Assembly: GCA_019058245.1 (NCBI GenBank)
Contig: JAHPZJ010000028.1
Location: 96,001-160,000, forward strand
Source of the DNA: Promethearchaeota archaeon
GTDB taxonomy: Archaea > Asgardarchaeota > Lokiarchaeia > Sigyniarchaeales > SOKP01
Direction: 5' to 3'
Length of the DNA stretch: 64,000 nucleotides
The notes beneath the pieces were generated by a model. That model had not been told where the DNA came from. It did no database searches and saw nothing but the letters and a program-made list of their open reading frames with translations. The stretch's first letter is position 1; each line of letters opens with the position of its first letter. This document shows positions 8,779 to 17,829 of the stretch, piece after piece. The translations under genes were made by a program, and so were the position numbers.

Positions 8779-11190
8779 TTAGGTTCTACAAAGTCTTTTT
8801 AAAAGAGTTGGATCTATTATCTCTTTTGGTTTCCATCCCTTCTCTTTTAGATATGCCATTATCTCATCTTTCATATTAATAGGAATATCCGCTTCCAGAC
8901 GGACAAATTTCTCTAAATCATTAGGAAATTCAACACCCTTATATTTTCTCTCTAAATCGATCCAATGAGATAATTTTATCATTCGTCCTTTAGAATTATC
9001 TGCAGGTCTTAAAGCTAATTTGGCGACTAAACAGATAGCTTGTTCTATACTTTCCGCGGTTGTTAATAGATGTTCAGGTCCAGGTCCCACTAGATGATCG
9101 GCTGTTCCATCTCGAGCATTGAATACTTTCCAAACATCTTCATCATCGGAGCGTCCAATATACATTCTTCTATATTCCGCGGCATGAGGGCCACAAACAG
9201 CTGGTACACCTAAACCATTTGCCATACTTGCAATACTTGCAGCTTTTTGAGACATAGCACCCCATGCAACACCAACTGCTCCAACTCTGTTTAAAACATA
9301 GTCAGCTATTTCTTCAAAATTACCACGTAATGGTCTTCGGGCGAAGATATTAGCAACTTTAATTGCAGCTCCAGTAATATGAGGATTACTTACGCAACTT
9401 CCTACATTTACTAAACCGCCTCTATCAAAATCACCCGGAAATCTATCATATAATGTTTTTCCATCTTCATCCTTTACAAGGCCAATATCCATTGCTCCAC
9501 AGCCTGAAACTACAACTATATAATTTCTTGTTAGAAATTCTTCAGCCATTTTATATAGTTCTTGAATTTCATGAGCATAACTCGCACATCCAATTATTGC
9601 AACAATTCCAGGGATTTCTCCTAAGACAATAGGGGCACCTACATTCCTAATTTCGGTGTCCATAATAGGTCCACGCCCTACTCTACAGTTGAATTTCTCA
9701 TTTCTAATCTGTTCTCTAGCGGCATATTGTAATAAAGTTAAAGGAGATACACCTTTCATACAGTCTCCTTCACATCGTCCACATCCCAAACACTCATCGA
9801 ATGCTCCTGCTAATACTGAGAAATCCCCATCTTTAGCTAATTTTACTCCTTCCACAAGTGGTAAATCATTTGGACAATTTCTTTGACAATTTCCACAGCC
9901 ATTACAATTCATCGCCATATCAATGCAACCTTGTTCATCAGGAACTCCACTTTTTGCTTTTCTAATTGGTTTGACTTTTATTGCAGTTTCAGCTGCTACT
10001 GCACCAGCTTTTATTGGATCTAAAATAAGGACACCGGGTTCCTTTCCACTTACTAAATCATCAACAATTTCATTGATAGGATCAGTGGTTCTATCAGGTA
10101 AACCGCTCATATTCTTTTCATTTGTAGCAATAAATGGAGCTCCAATCAACTGGGCTTGCTCAAATGATCTTAGATTTACACATTGTTCATCAACCATTAC
10201 TACATCTGGAAATCCCGATCGAATCACATGAAGCTGTCTTGACATTGATCCCACAATCTTAGCACCATCATAGTATCTCGTTAAATCATGGGCAGTACAA
10301 CAAATTGCTCCAACATCTACCTTTTCATCTATACCTTTTTCTCTTATATAATCAACTAATTCGACTCCAGGGGCAACGTTATGTCCAATCATCAAAATAA
10401 CTGCCTTACTCGTATCTAATGTTCCCATACCAAGTTCTACAATAGGAACATTAGGATCTCCCATAGGAAATCCGTACGCGGCAATTTGAACAGCATCAGA
10501 AATTTCCATACCTACAGAATCTGCTAATCCTGCTAAAAAGCTTTTTGATTCATAATCTAAATAAGAACTCTCTTGTCCTGTATGTCCCGCCGCTAATAAG
10601 TGTGTTATTGTAAAATGCACCCACTCCATAGCGGTTTCTAAATCTTCTAGGGTTTCAGGTTTCATACCGACAACTAATCTTGTGTGAGGCATCTCAACGG
10701 CTATATTATTCCCAAAATTAATTGGTACATTGCCATACTTTTCTTTTAACCAATGTAATAGATGATCTCCGTGGGCAGAATGGCACGCAGCGCCTATACA
10801 GCAGGCAATCTCTACTATCCGACTCTGTTGTGTCTCCATATTGATCCCGCATGCACCTGTTCGCCCCTTGGAAAGATTACATTTCCCATATGTGCATAAA
10901 CAGCACATATCACATTTGTCGTATATGCACAGATCAATTGTGCATATATATCGGCATGTAAAAAGGTTTGTATCTTTCCATCATTTTGAAAAACCAATTG
11001 CGTAGGGTTGGAATATGGGGCATAGGATTTTACCCTTGAGAAGTCATGCTTCAATCAAGTGAGGTCCCATAGGCTCCCATTCCGTCTCATCTCCGAAAGA
11101 AACTTTACCAGTAGTAAGTTCGAATCCTTTAATCGTTCCGAGAGGACCTTTATATTCATCTATTTTAACTTTAGCTCCTCTTTTTTCCAT
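8779..11190 (-). CDS. cdhA: CO dehydrogenase/acetyl-CoA synthase alpha subunit, three exons: 11190-11061, 11028-10950, 10915-8779 (781 aa spliced)
   Basis: Exon 3 has CCLCTYGKC, HSAH, GHN, CCTAHD, DEQC, two ferredoxin motifs and GSCVSN. Exons 1-2 supply MEKRGAKVKIDEYKGPLGTIKGFELTTGKVSFGDETEWEPMGP-H-PMPHIPTLRNWFFKMMERYKPFYMP-I-CD, matching the conserved CdhA N-terminus (WEPMGPTP...LRxW...RYxPFYxPICDMC). Confidence 0.92.
10916..10949 (-). other. putative BHB-type mRNA intron 2 of cdhA (34 nt)
   Basis: Sense RNA: GCCG-AU^A-UAUAUGCACA auugauc UGUGCAUAUA-CGAC-AA^A-UGU; perfect 10-bp stem; removal gives CCG AUA UGU GAU AUG UGC (PICDMC). Confidence 0.8.
11029..11060 (-). other. putative BHB-type mRNA intron 1 of cdhA (32 nt)
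   Basis: Sense RNA: GACC-UC^A-CUUGA uu GAAG cauga CUUC UCAAG-GGUA-AA^A-UCC; removal gives GGA CCU CAU CCU AUG in frame. Confidence 0.75.
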
Positions 11191-11423
11191 ATATTTTCAC
11201 TCAATTTTATTATTTTAATTTTGATTTCCTTTTTTAATTTTTTATAATTTAAAATAATTTTATTATTATTTGTTATAAATTATCCAATAAAATAAAAGCT
11301 ATTGATTAAGTTTTAAAATCGATATAATAAACTTGTTTATGGATAATTAGTGTGAAATTTCAAACTAAGGTTAAAAATGTCGCTTTTAATTTTAAAAAAA
11401 CAAGGATGAAAAATAAGTTAAAT

Positions 11424-12422
11424 TTAAGAAGAGAGTAAATTAAAAATCTCAGGAATTATATTATCAATATTGAAATTAGTTTTAACAGATGTAAATAAAA
11501 AATTCCACTTTCTGTTTTTTATTTTATTAAAATTGTAGAAATTAAAAAGTTCTTCTTTTAATAGTGTAAGTTGTTCATTATTACCTTTATCTGAATACTT
11601 AACTAAATCAGTTTTATTTCCTATAATAAGTAAGGGTGTTCCATTTAATTCATCCTTGTTCAATACATTCCAAAACTCTTTTCTTGATTCTTCAAACCTT
11701 CTTTGATTAGCTACATCAATCATATAGACGATAATGTTGGAATCTTGAAGTCCTTTTAACCATTTTGATCTAAATGATTTTTGTCCAGGCATATCCCATA
11801 CCGCAAGTAAGCCTTTTTCTTTTACAGGAATATATTCAATGTTGAATTTTCTCGTTGGAACAAAAAAATTATCATTAAATTCACCAGTTTTCAAACGTCT
11901 TACTAAACTGGATTTTCCCACTTCATCAATTCCAAAAAGAAAGATTTTGAAAAATGTTTCAGTCTGATAATAATATTCAATATCAAGAGGTTTCTCGATT
12001 ACTTCGTCACCAAACCTTCTAATATCAATGAACATAGAAATTAGTAAATTTTCAACTTCAATTTCATCATTAAAGGAGTACCCATTATTATCACTCAAAA
12101 TTTCAGTCAGCAATTCCTCTGTTATTTCTTTATAGTCATAAGGATTATCTTCATTGTCAAAAATTAACCCAATTATAATGTTTCCATTAATACAAGAAGA
12201 ATAAATATTCATTTCATTAGTAAATTGAGCAATTGGTTCAGCAATTTTGAATTGATTTATATTCGTTTTTTGGCTGCCTTCTTCCTTTTCATGATTTTTT
12301 ATAATCTCATTTATCAGTAATTTATCATTAATACTGATAATTTCATTTGGGTAACTATAAATATTTAGATCCTCTAAATCCTGAATTTCGTTTCCTTTAA
12401 ATAAAAATATATTAAGTAGCAA
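11424..12422 (-). CDS. Arf-like small GTPase with N-terminal longin-like region
   Basis: GIDEVGKSS, PT, WDMPGQ, GNKTD, TSVK; N-terminal IIIGLIFDNEDNPYDY. Confidence 0.8.
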   Translation of the reverse strand: MLLNIFLFKGNEIQDLEDLNIYSYPNEIISINDKLLINEIIKNHEKEEGSQKTNINQFKIAEPIAQFTNEMNIYSSCINGNIIIGLIFDNEDNPYDYKEITEELLTEILSDNNGYSFNDEIEVENLLISMFIDIRRFGDEVIEKPLDIEYYYQTETFFKIFLFGIDEVGKSSLVRRLKTGEFNDNFFVPTRKFNIEYIPVKEKGLLAVWDMPGQKSFRSKWLKGLQDSNIIVYMIDVANQRRFEESRKEFWNVLNKDELNGTPLLIIGNKTDLVKYSDKGNNEQLTLLKEELFNFYNFNKIKNRKWNFLFTSVKTNFNIDNIIPEIFNLLSS

Positions 12423-12594
12423 TTATACATCTAATTAGCTTAATTGATATATGTTTGAAAATAAAATTAACTTAAAAAAAGTTTGTAATCTTGCTGATAT
12501 CTTTTACTTTTAAAGTCTTTGGATTAAAATGTAAAAGACTTACCCCTCTTTGGCATTTATAAGGGATATTAATAAGCAAAATGTTGAGAAAATA

Positions 12595-13998
12595 TTATTC
12601 TTCTTCTTTTGATTCTTCAATAAAGTTATCAATACCTTCTTCAGAAGTATCTTCTTTAGGTTCTTCAGTATCCTCTTCTTTGGATTCTTCAATAGATTCT
12701 TGTTCCATTTTTTCACCTACGGGAGTGTCGCATACAGGACAACGACTCCATCCAGGTCTTAAACTATAACCACATTTAAGGCATTCCTTCATAGTCTCAT
12801 CTAGTTTCCATTCTGGTATATCCAGCCCACCTTGTCTTTTGCGGGCTAAATCTTGTAATTCATCCTCTGTCCAAACCTCCATTCCTTCAGGTAATCCTGT
12901 TCCCCGTTCAGAAGCAAATTTGGTCAATTCTTCTTCTGTCCATGCAGGCATATCAGGTTGTGAAGCCATTCGTTTTTGAGCTTCTTGAGCTAATTCTTCT
13001 GCAGTCCAAGTTTTTAATTCTTGACTTCCTGGAGTTCTAACACCACCAGTTTGTTGAGGTGCTACTTGAGTAGGAGCACTCGATTGTTGAGAGGGCACAT
13101 TACAACATTCTGCAGAAAATCTTAAAAGAGCTTCAAAACACCTTGAATATTTATTAGGTTCTTTTCCTTCATCGGTAACTAAAACTAGGGTGGTTTTATC
13201 AGCATTTTGAGGAATTGCTATACTATATAATGCAATATCTGAAGATATTCGTTCTGATTCGATACCCGAGCTGACTCGCTCTAAAGAATTCATTAATTCA
13301 TTATTATTCATTAGGAAATCACAAATTGGATCACCATGTCTTTGATAACCTTCATGATATTTTGCAAGATGATTTTTGTTTAGTGTAGAATCAAATGAAT
13401 CAATTATAGCCTTGATATAGGAATAATTTTGAGATTTTGGTTCCTTCTGAGTTTCATCCAGTTTAAAATCTCCTAAATCAATAGTTTCCATTATTGGAGC
13501 AAATAAAGGTTTTTCATTCTTCATTTTCCCAAAAACTATCGGACGTGAAAGAACACACTTTACTTCACCATAATAAGCAATAGCATTATCCAACAACTCT
13601 AATTTTCCATCAAAAACGATACGAGGGACTGTTCGAAATAATACATCCACCCATGGCATTTCTTTTATAGGAATTATTGCTACACATGTTTTTTCAATTA
13701 ACTCTCGTAGTTTTTTAGTATAATTTTTCAATTCCTTCTTGATATCTTCGAATTCTTCATTTTTTAATATATCATCAACCTTTTCTTCAAGTTCTTTAAA
13801 TTTTTCCTCATTTTTTTTTACATTTCCACCAAATGCTTTGAGTTCTCCTATGATATTATCTTTCATAATTATTGTCGCATTTTCGATTACTTTTTTCTGA
13901 AACTCCACGAGTTCTTGTTCTTCACTAGAAACTAAGTACTCCAAGGGATCAAATTCTAATTTGTTCAAGAAAATATTAAAAAGCTTTTGTTCTGACAT
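12595..13998 (-). CDS. hypothetical protein with WTxEEL repeats, zinc ribbon and acidic tail
   Basis: Long ORF; likely start MSEQK at 13998 (the track ORF runs to 14094); CLKC...CPVC; WTAEEL/WTEEEL/WTEDEL. Confidence 0.7.
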   Translation of the reverse strand: MSEQKLFNIFLNKLEFDPLEYLVSSEEQELVEFQKKVIENATIIMKDNIIGELKAFGGNVKKNEEKFKELEEKVDDILKNEEFEDIKKELKNYTKKLRELIEKTCVAIIPIKEMPWVDVLFRTVPRIVFDGKLELLDNAIAYYGEVKCVLSRPIVFGKMKNEKPLFAPIMETIDLGDFKLDETQKEPKSQNYSYIKAIIDSFDSTLNKNHLAKYHEGYQRHGDPICDFLMNNNELMNSLERVSSGIESERISSDIALYSIAIPQNADKTTLVLVTDEGKEPNKYSRCFEALLRFSAECCNVPSQQSSAPTQVAPQQTGGVRTPGSQELKTWTAEELAQEAQKRMASQPDMPAWTEEELTKFASERGTGLPEGMEVWTEDELQDLARKRQGGLDIPEWKLDETMKECLKCGYSLRPGWSRCPVCDTPVGEKMEQESIEESKEEDTEEPKEDTSEEGIDNFIEESKEEE

Positions 13999-14101
13999 TT
14001 CCTTTATTTTTTCTCCTAAATTATTTTGAATGAATAATAGATATTTGTAATTATAACAACCGATTGGATATAAAAATTTATTTGAATTAAGCATAAAATA
14101 T

Positions 14102-14353
14102 TTTCTTGAAGATATTGATGTGTTAATTATTGGAATTCTAGTTACTTCTTCGACAACGAAATTAATAAAAAAAAAGAACTTGAACTTCTAGATACTTAAG
14201 GAATTATAGTAAATGTCAGTAGAGGTGAAATAATTGATGAGGAAAGCTTATTCTATGCTTTAAAAAAAAAGATTATTCAAGTCGCTATTATTGATGTTTG
14301 GTATAATTATTTCCTAGAAATCGATGAGGAAGGTAAGAAATATATATATAATT
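14102..14353 (+). pseudogene. fragment of D-isomer-specific 2-hydroxyacid dehydrogenase
   Basis: FLEDIDVLIIGILVTSSTTKLI / KELELLDT*GIIVNVSRGEIIDEESLFYAL...IIDVWYNY, with a frameshift in an A-run and an internal TAA. Confidence 0.7.
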
Positions 14354-14710
14354 AAATTAAATTATAATTTATAAATTGAAATTTTTTTTTAACTTTATTT
14401 TTATTAATTAAAAAGTTTTTATCCATTTTTTATACTTATCAAAAGTAGTAAAATATCATTAAATTTGAGGAGTATAGAAACGTTTTAAAAATTAACACAT
14501 TAATAAGCAATTTGGAATATGTAAGAAATGACAATTAAGTATCGCTTTAAATATATTAACCAGCTAAAAAAAAACATTTATATAGTAATGTGTGATAAAT
14601 ATTCTTATAAAAAAAATTGTGGTTTAAGGCGGTAATTTTAAAAAAAGGTTAAGTCAATTTGCCGTTTTTTGAATTCGGAAAATTAAAGAAAAGATATAAT
14701 GTGATTAAAT

Positions 14711-15004
14711 ATGAAAATAGTGACTGTCAATATTCCTGAATCATATCTCGATAGTATTGAAAAATTAGTAGGGGAGGGTGGTCTTTATCCCTCCAGATCG
14801 GAATTAATTCGAGTAGCTGTAAGAGATTTCTTACTTCGAGAGCTGAAGATGGCTGATACCATAGCTAAATATAAAGAGACTGAAATTGAAGATGGTTTTG
14901 ATAATGAGAATTTTGTAAGGGTACCAATTGAACGATTAAATAAAGATAAGGAACCAGTAAGAGAGTTTAAAACGTATAAAATCATTAAGCGATTAGAGTA
15001 TTAA
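14711..15004 (+). CDS. ribbon-helix-helix (CopG/Arc-MetJ) regulator
   Basis: IVTVNIPESYLDSIEKLV...YPSRSELIRVAVRDFL. Confidence 0.85.
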   Translation: MKIVTVNIPESYLDSIEKLVGEGGLYPSRSELIRVAVRDFLLRELKMADTIAKYKETEIEDGFDNENFVRVPIERLNKDKEPVREFKTYKIIKRLEY

Positions 15005-15044
15005 AAAATTTAAAATAACAGCTCTTTGTTATTATAGCAAAAGA

Positions 15045-15084
15045 TGATCAGAAAAAGGATCACCTTTTTTTTTCTTTTTTTTTT
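15045..15084 (+). terminator. short hairpin plus long T-tract, possible terminator
   Basis: TGATC-agaaaaag-GATCA followed by about 20 nearly uninterrupted T downstream of the RHH gene. Confidence 0.4.
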
Positions 15085-15184
15085 ATAACCCAACAATACT
15101 TATAATTACAAATGGGAGTATTAAATATAGAGTATTGAAATAATATTTATAATATCTATACTTAAAAAGAAAGAGGTAATTTTT

Positions 15185-16456
15185 ATTTCTGATGAGAAAG
15201 AGATTCCTGATCAGTATATTCCTAAGTTTATGGAGTGGGGTATAATTAACAAGGAAAATTTTAAGGACAAGACCAGTTATGATGTTCCAATTAAGAGATG
15301 GGACCCTTTATCAACAGTTACTATACAATCTAAAGATTTTGGTCTTAGGAAAGAGCGTGTAAGATACTATGGGCATTATTCATACATCAGTCCTATCCGG
15401 AGTGCCCGACCAAAGGGATTTAAGACTGAAGATGATGAAAAAAAATTTATGGATTGCTCAAAAAAATTTGTAGGTGGATTTAAAGATGTATTTAGTTCTA
15501 TTACAGAAGGTAAGATTGTATACGATGATGGGGGGAATCCTCTTAGTGATGGTTATACTATGATTATTACTCAAGACGAAAAGAGAATAGACAGTCCATT
15601 TTCAGAAGTGCCTTATAGAATAGAAAGGATTCCAAAAGCTTGTAGAGCCCTTAGTTTAATAAACAGGTATCCTTCAATGGCAAGAATTATAGATCCAGAT
15701 ATAACTGAGAATATTGTGAAAAAGCTTCCTCCTTATATAAAAATTTCAAGAGGAATTAATTTAGTAACCATCTCTCGAGATTTCTATCCTTCCTTATGTT
15801 TTAACTTAATTCCTACAGATGTATTAACCAGTATTTTTCTTTCTATGAAAGCGGCGATCCTTTATTGCATTGAGGAAGCTATAGAAAGAGATTATTATGA
15901 TATACCTGTAATGCCATTCTTCAATATAGGAACTAAAGTTGGAGGATCTCAACCACGAATTCATAGTCAGGTTTACATTGATCTAACTATGGATGGTCAT
16001 GGAAGTAGATTAGAGGGACATCTTGAAGCTTTTAAAGAAATGGGAGATAAATGTCATTTATGTATAACTTCTCATGGAGGATCTGATCGCATCATATTAG
16101 AAACGGAATTTTGGACCTTCTATACTACTGGGAGCCCTGTAAGAAATTATCACATAAGATTTCATCCAAATGAACATTTACGAAGATTTTCTCAACTAAA
16201 AGTCAATCAAATTGAAGACTTAGCAAGATCACTTAAAATGATTTTTCAAGCATTAGATGACTTAGAGATCGATAAAAACCGAAATATTTTATTTAATTGT
16301 TGCCCATTTGGTTATGATGCTAACTTTCATATGTTTGCTGATATTATCCCACACGAGATAATCGGTGGTGCTGAAATGGCTGATGATATGCGAGTAGCTA
16401 GAAAATTGCCGAATATAGCAGCCAAAGAAATAAGAGATTCATTGAAAATAATATAA
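15185..16456 (+). CDS. GalT/HIT-superfamily nucleotidyltransferase
   Basis: NRYPS, FFNIGTKVGGSQPRIHSQ (HxQ retained), CHLC, HIRFHP; frame open from ATT at 15185 after GAGGT (first ATG at 15230). Confidence 0.7.
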   Translation: MSDEKEIPDQYIPKFMEWGIINKENFKDKTSYDVPIKRWDPLSTVTIQSKDFGLRKERVRYYGHYSYISPIRSARPKGFKTEDDEKKFMDCSKKFVGGFKDVFSSITEGKIVYDDGGNPLSDGYTMIITQDEKRIDSPFSEVPYRIERIPKACRALSLINRYPSMARIIDPDITENIVKKLPPYIKISRGINLVTISRDFYPSLCFNLIPTDVLTSIFLSMKAAILYCIEEAIERDYYDIPVMPFFNIGTKVGGSQPRIHSQVYIDLTMDGHGSRLEGHLEAFKEMGDKCHLCITSHGGSDRIILETEFWTFYTTGSPVRNYHIRFHPNEHLRRFSQLKVNQIEDLARSLKMIFQALDDLEIDKNRNILFNCCPFGYDANFHMFADIIPHEIIGGAEMADDMRVARKLPNIAAKEIRDSLKII

Positions 16457-16646
16457 ATTATATTTTCTATTTTAAAAACATTGTAATTCAAGCATTTTTT
16501 TAATTCAGTATCATAATCTAAATATTTTCTAGCTCCTATAGATACATTTTATAATACTAACAGATAAGTTTTAAATTTCAATTAAAATTATATTTAAATC
16601 TATTGATTTTCTTATATTATTTAAAAATTTTTACGAGATTCAAAAA

Positions 16647-17795
16647 GTGAGAGATTGGTCTGCGATTATTCTGGCTGGGGGAAAAGGTAAAAGATTAATG
16701 CCTTTAACCTCGATAATTCCCAAACCACTTGTTAAGGTTACAAATGTACCTATGGTTGATTATGCGATAGCTCATTTAGTGTATGCTGGAATAAAACACA
16801 TTATATTAGCATTAGCTTATATGGGAAAGGAAATGAAAGAATATATTGAAAAAACTTGGACCCCAGACAGATTGGGGGATGTCGAGTTAGAATGTGAAAT
16901 TCAGCATAGCAAAGGGACTGCCGACGCTTATAGACTTTTAACAGACCAAATAGACTCTGAAAATGTCGCCGTATCAATGGCAGATATCGTGACAAACCTT
17001 CCTATGAAACGATTTATGGATTTTCACATTGAGAAAGGTGGAATATCGACTGTTTCAATGAAAACTGTTGAGAGTCATATTTCTCAATATGGTGTCGTTT
17101 TATTGGATAAAAATAGGAAAATTTATCTTTTTCTCGAAAAACCAGCACCAATGGAATTATATTTAAGTAGTATGGCTCAAAGAGAAGATCTCTTTTTACA
17201 CACCAATATAATTAATACAGGTATCTATTGTTTTAAAAAAGATTTAGGGGAAATCCTTCATGAAACTGGATTAATGGATTTTGGAGGTGAAGTTTTTCCA
17301 TATCTTCTTGAAAACAAATTTGATCTTTATGGTTTTGTAGAAAATTATTATTGGATGGATGCTGGGAATTCCACTACTTATTTATGGGCAAATTGGGATA
17401 TGTTACGTAAATATGCTTGGCCAATCCTACCTAATGGGGTTGAATATGATGGTATTTATATAATGGGAATAATTAACTCAGGGCAAAATATTAGAATTGA
17501 TAAGCCAACGTGTTTCGGAGAATATGTTTCTCTCTCGAATCGAGTTAAGATCAAAGAGTTGACATCTATAGGAAATAATGTCACTATTGGAGAAGACACA
17601 TTGATTGAGAAGAGTGTTATATGGGATGAAATTAAAATTGGAGCTGGTTGTATAATTACAGAAAGTGTAATCTGTAATAATTGTGAAATTGGAGAAAATG
17701 TAGTTTTAGAAAGAGCAATAATTGCACCAAATTGTAGAATTAGTGATAATTCGCAAATCCGTGATCGATCAATAGAACTTGGTCAAGAGATATAA
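16647..17795 (+). CDS. NDP-sugar pyrophosphorylase with left-handed beta-helix
   Basis: LAGGKGKRLMPLT...PKPL, GTADA, FLEKP, NTGIY, WMDAG, hexapeptide repeats. Confidence 0.9.
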   Translation: MRDWSAIILAGGKGKRLMPLTSIIPKPLVKVTNVPMVDYAIAHLVYAGIKHIILALAYMGKEMKEYIEKTWTPDRLGDVELECEIQHSKGTADAYRLLTDQIDSENVAVSMADIVTNLPMKRFMDFHIEKGGISTVSMKTVESHISQYGVVLLDKNRKIYLFLEKPAPMELYLSSMAQREDLFLHTNIINTGIYCFKKDLGEILHETGLMDFGGEVFPYLLENKFDLYGFVENYYWMDAGNSTTYLWANWDMLRKYAWPILPNGVEYDGIYIMGIINSGQNIRIDKPTCFGEYVSLSNRVKIKELTSIGNNVTIGEDTLIEKSVIWDEIKIGAGCIITESVICNNCEIGENVVLERAIIAPNCRISDNSQIRDRSIELGQEI

Positions 17796-17829
17796 GTCAA
17801 TCCAGTTTTTAAATATATTCATTATTTGT

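Noticed and set aside
10815-11054. 79-aa minus-strand ORF and 62-aa plus-strand ORF (11059-11247) at the cdhA 5' end
   Set aside because: Off-frame or antisense shadows of cdhA exons and introns; no recognisable protein
10916-11060. Selenocysteine readthrough or compensating frameshifts (32+34=66 nt) as an explanation of the cdhA inserts
   Set aside because: Reading through the first UGA meets a second UGA and translates exon 2 in the wrong frame, losing LRNW...RYKPFYMP
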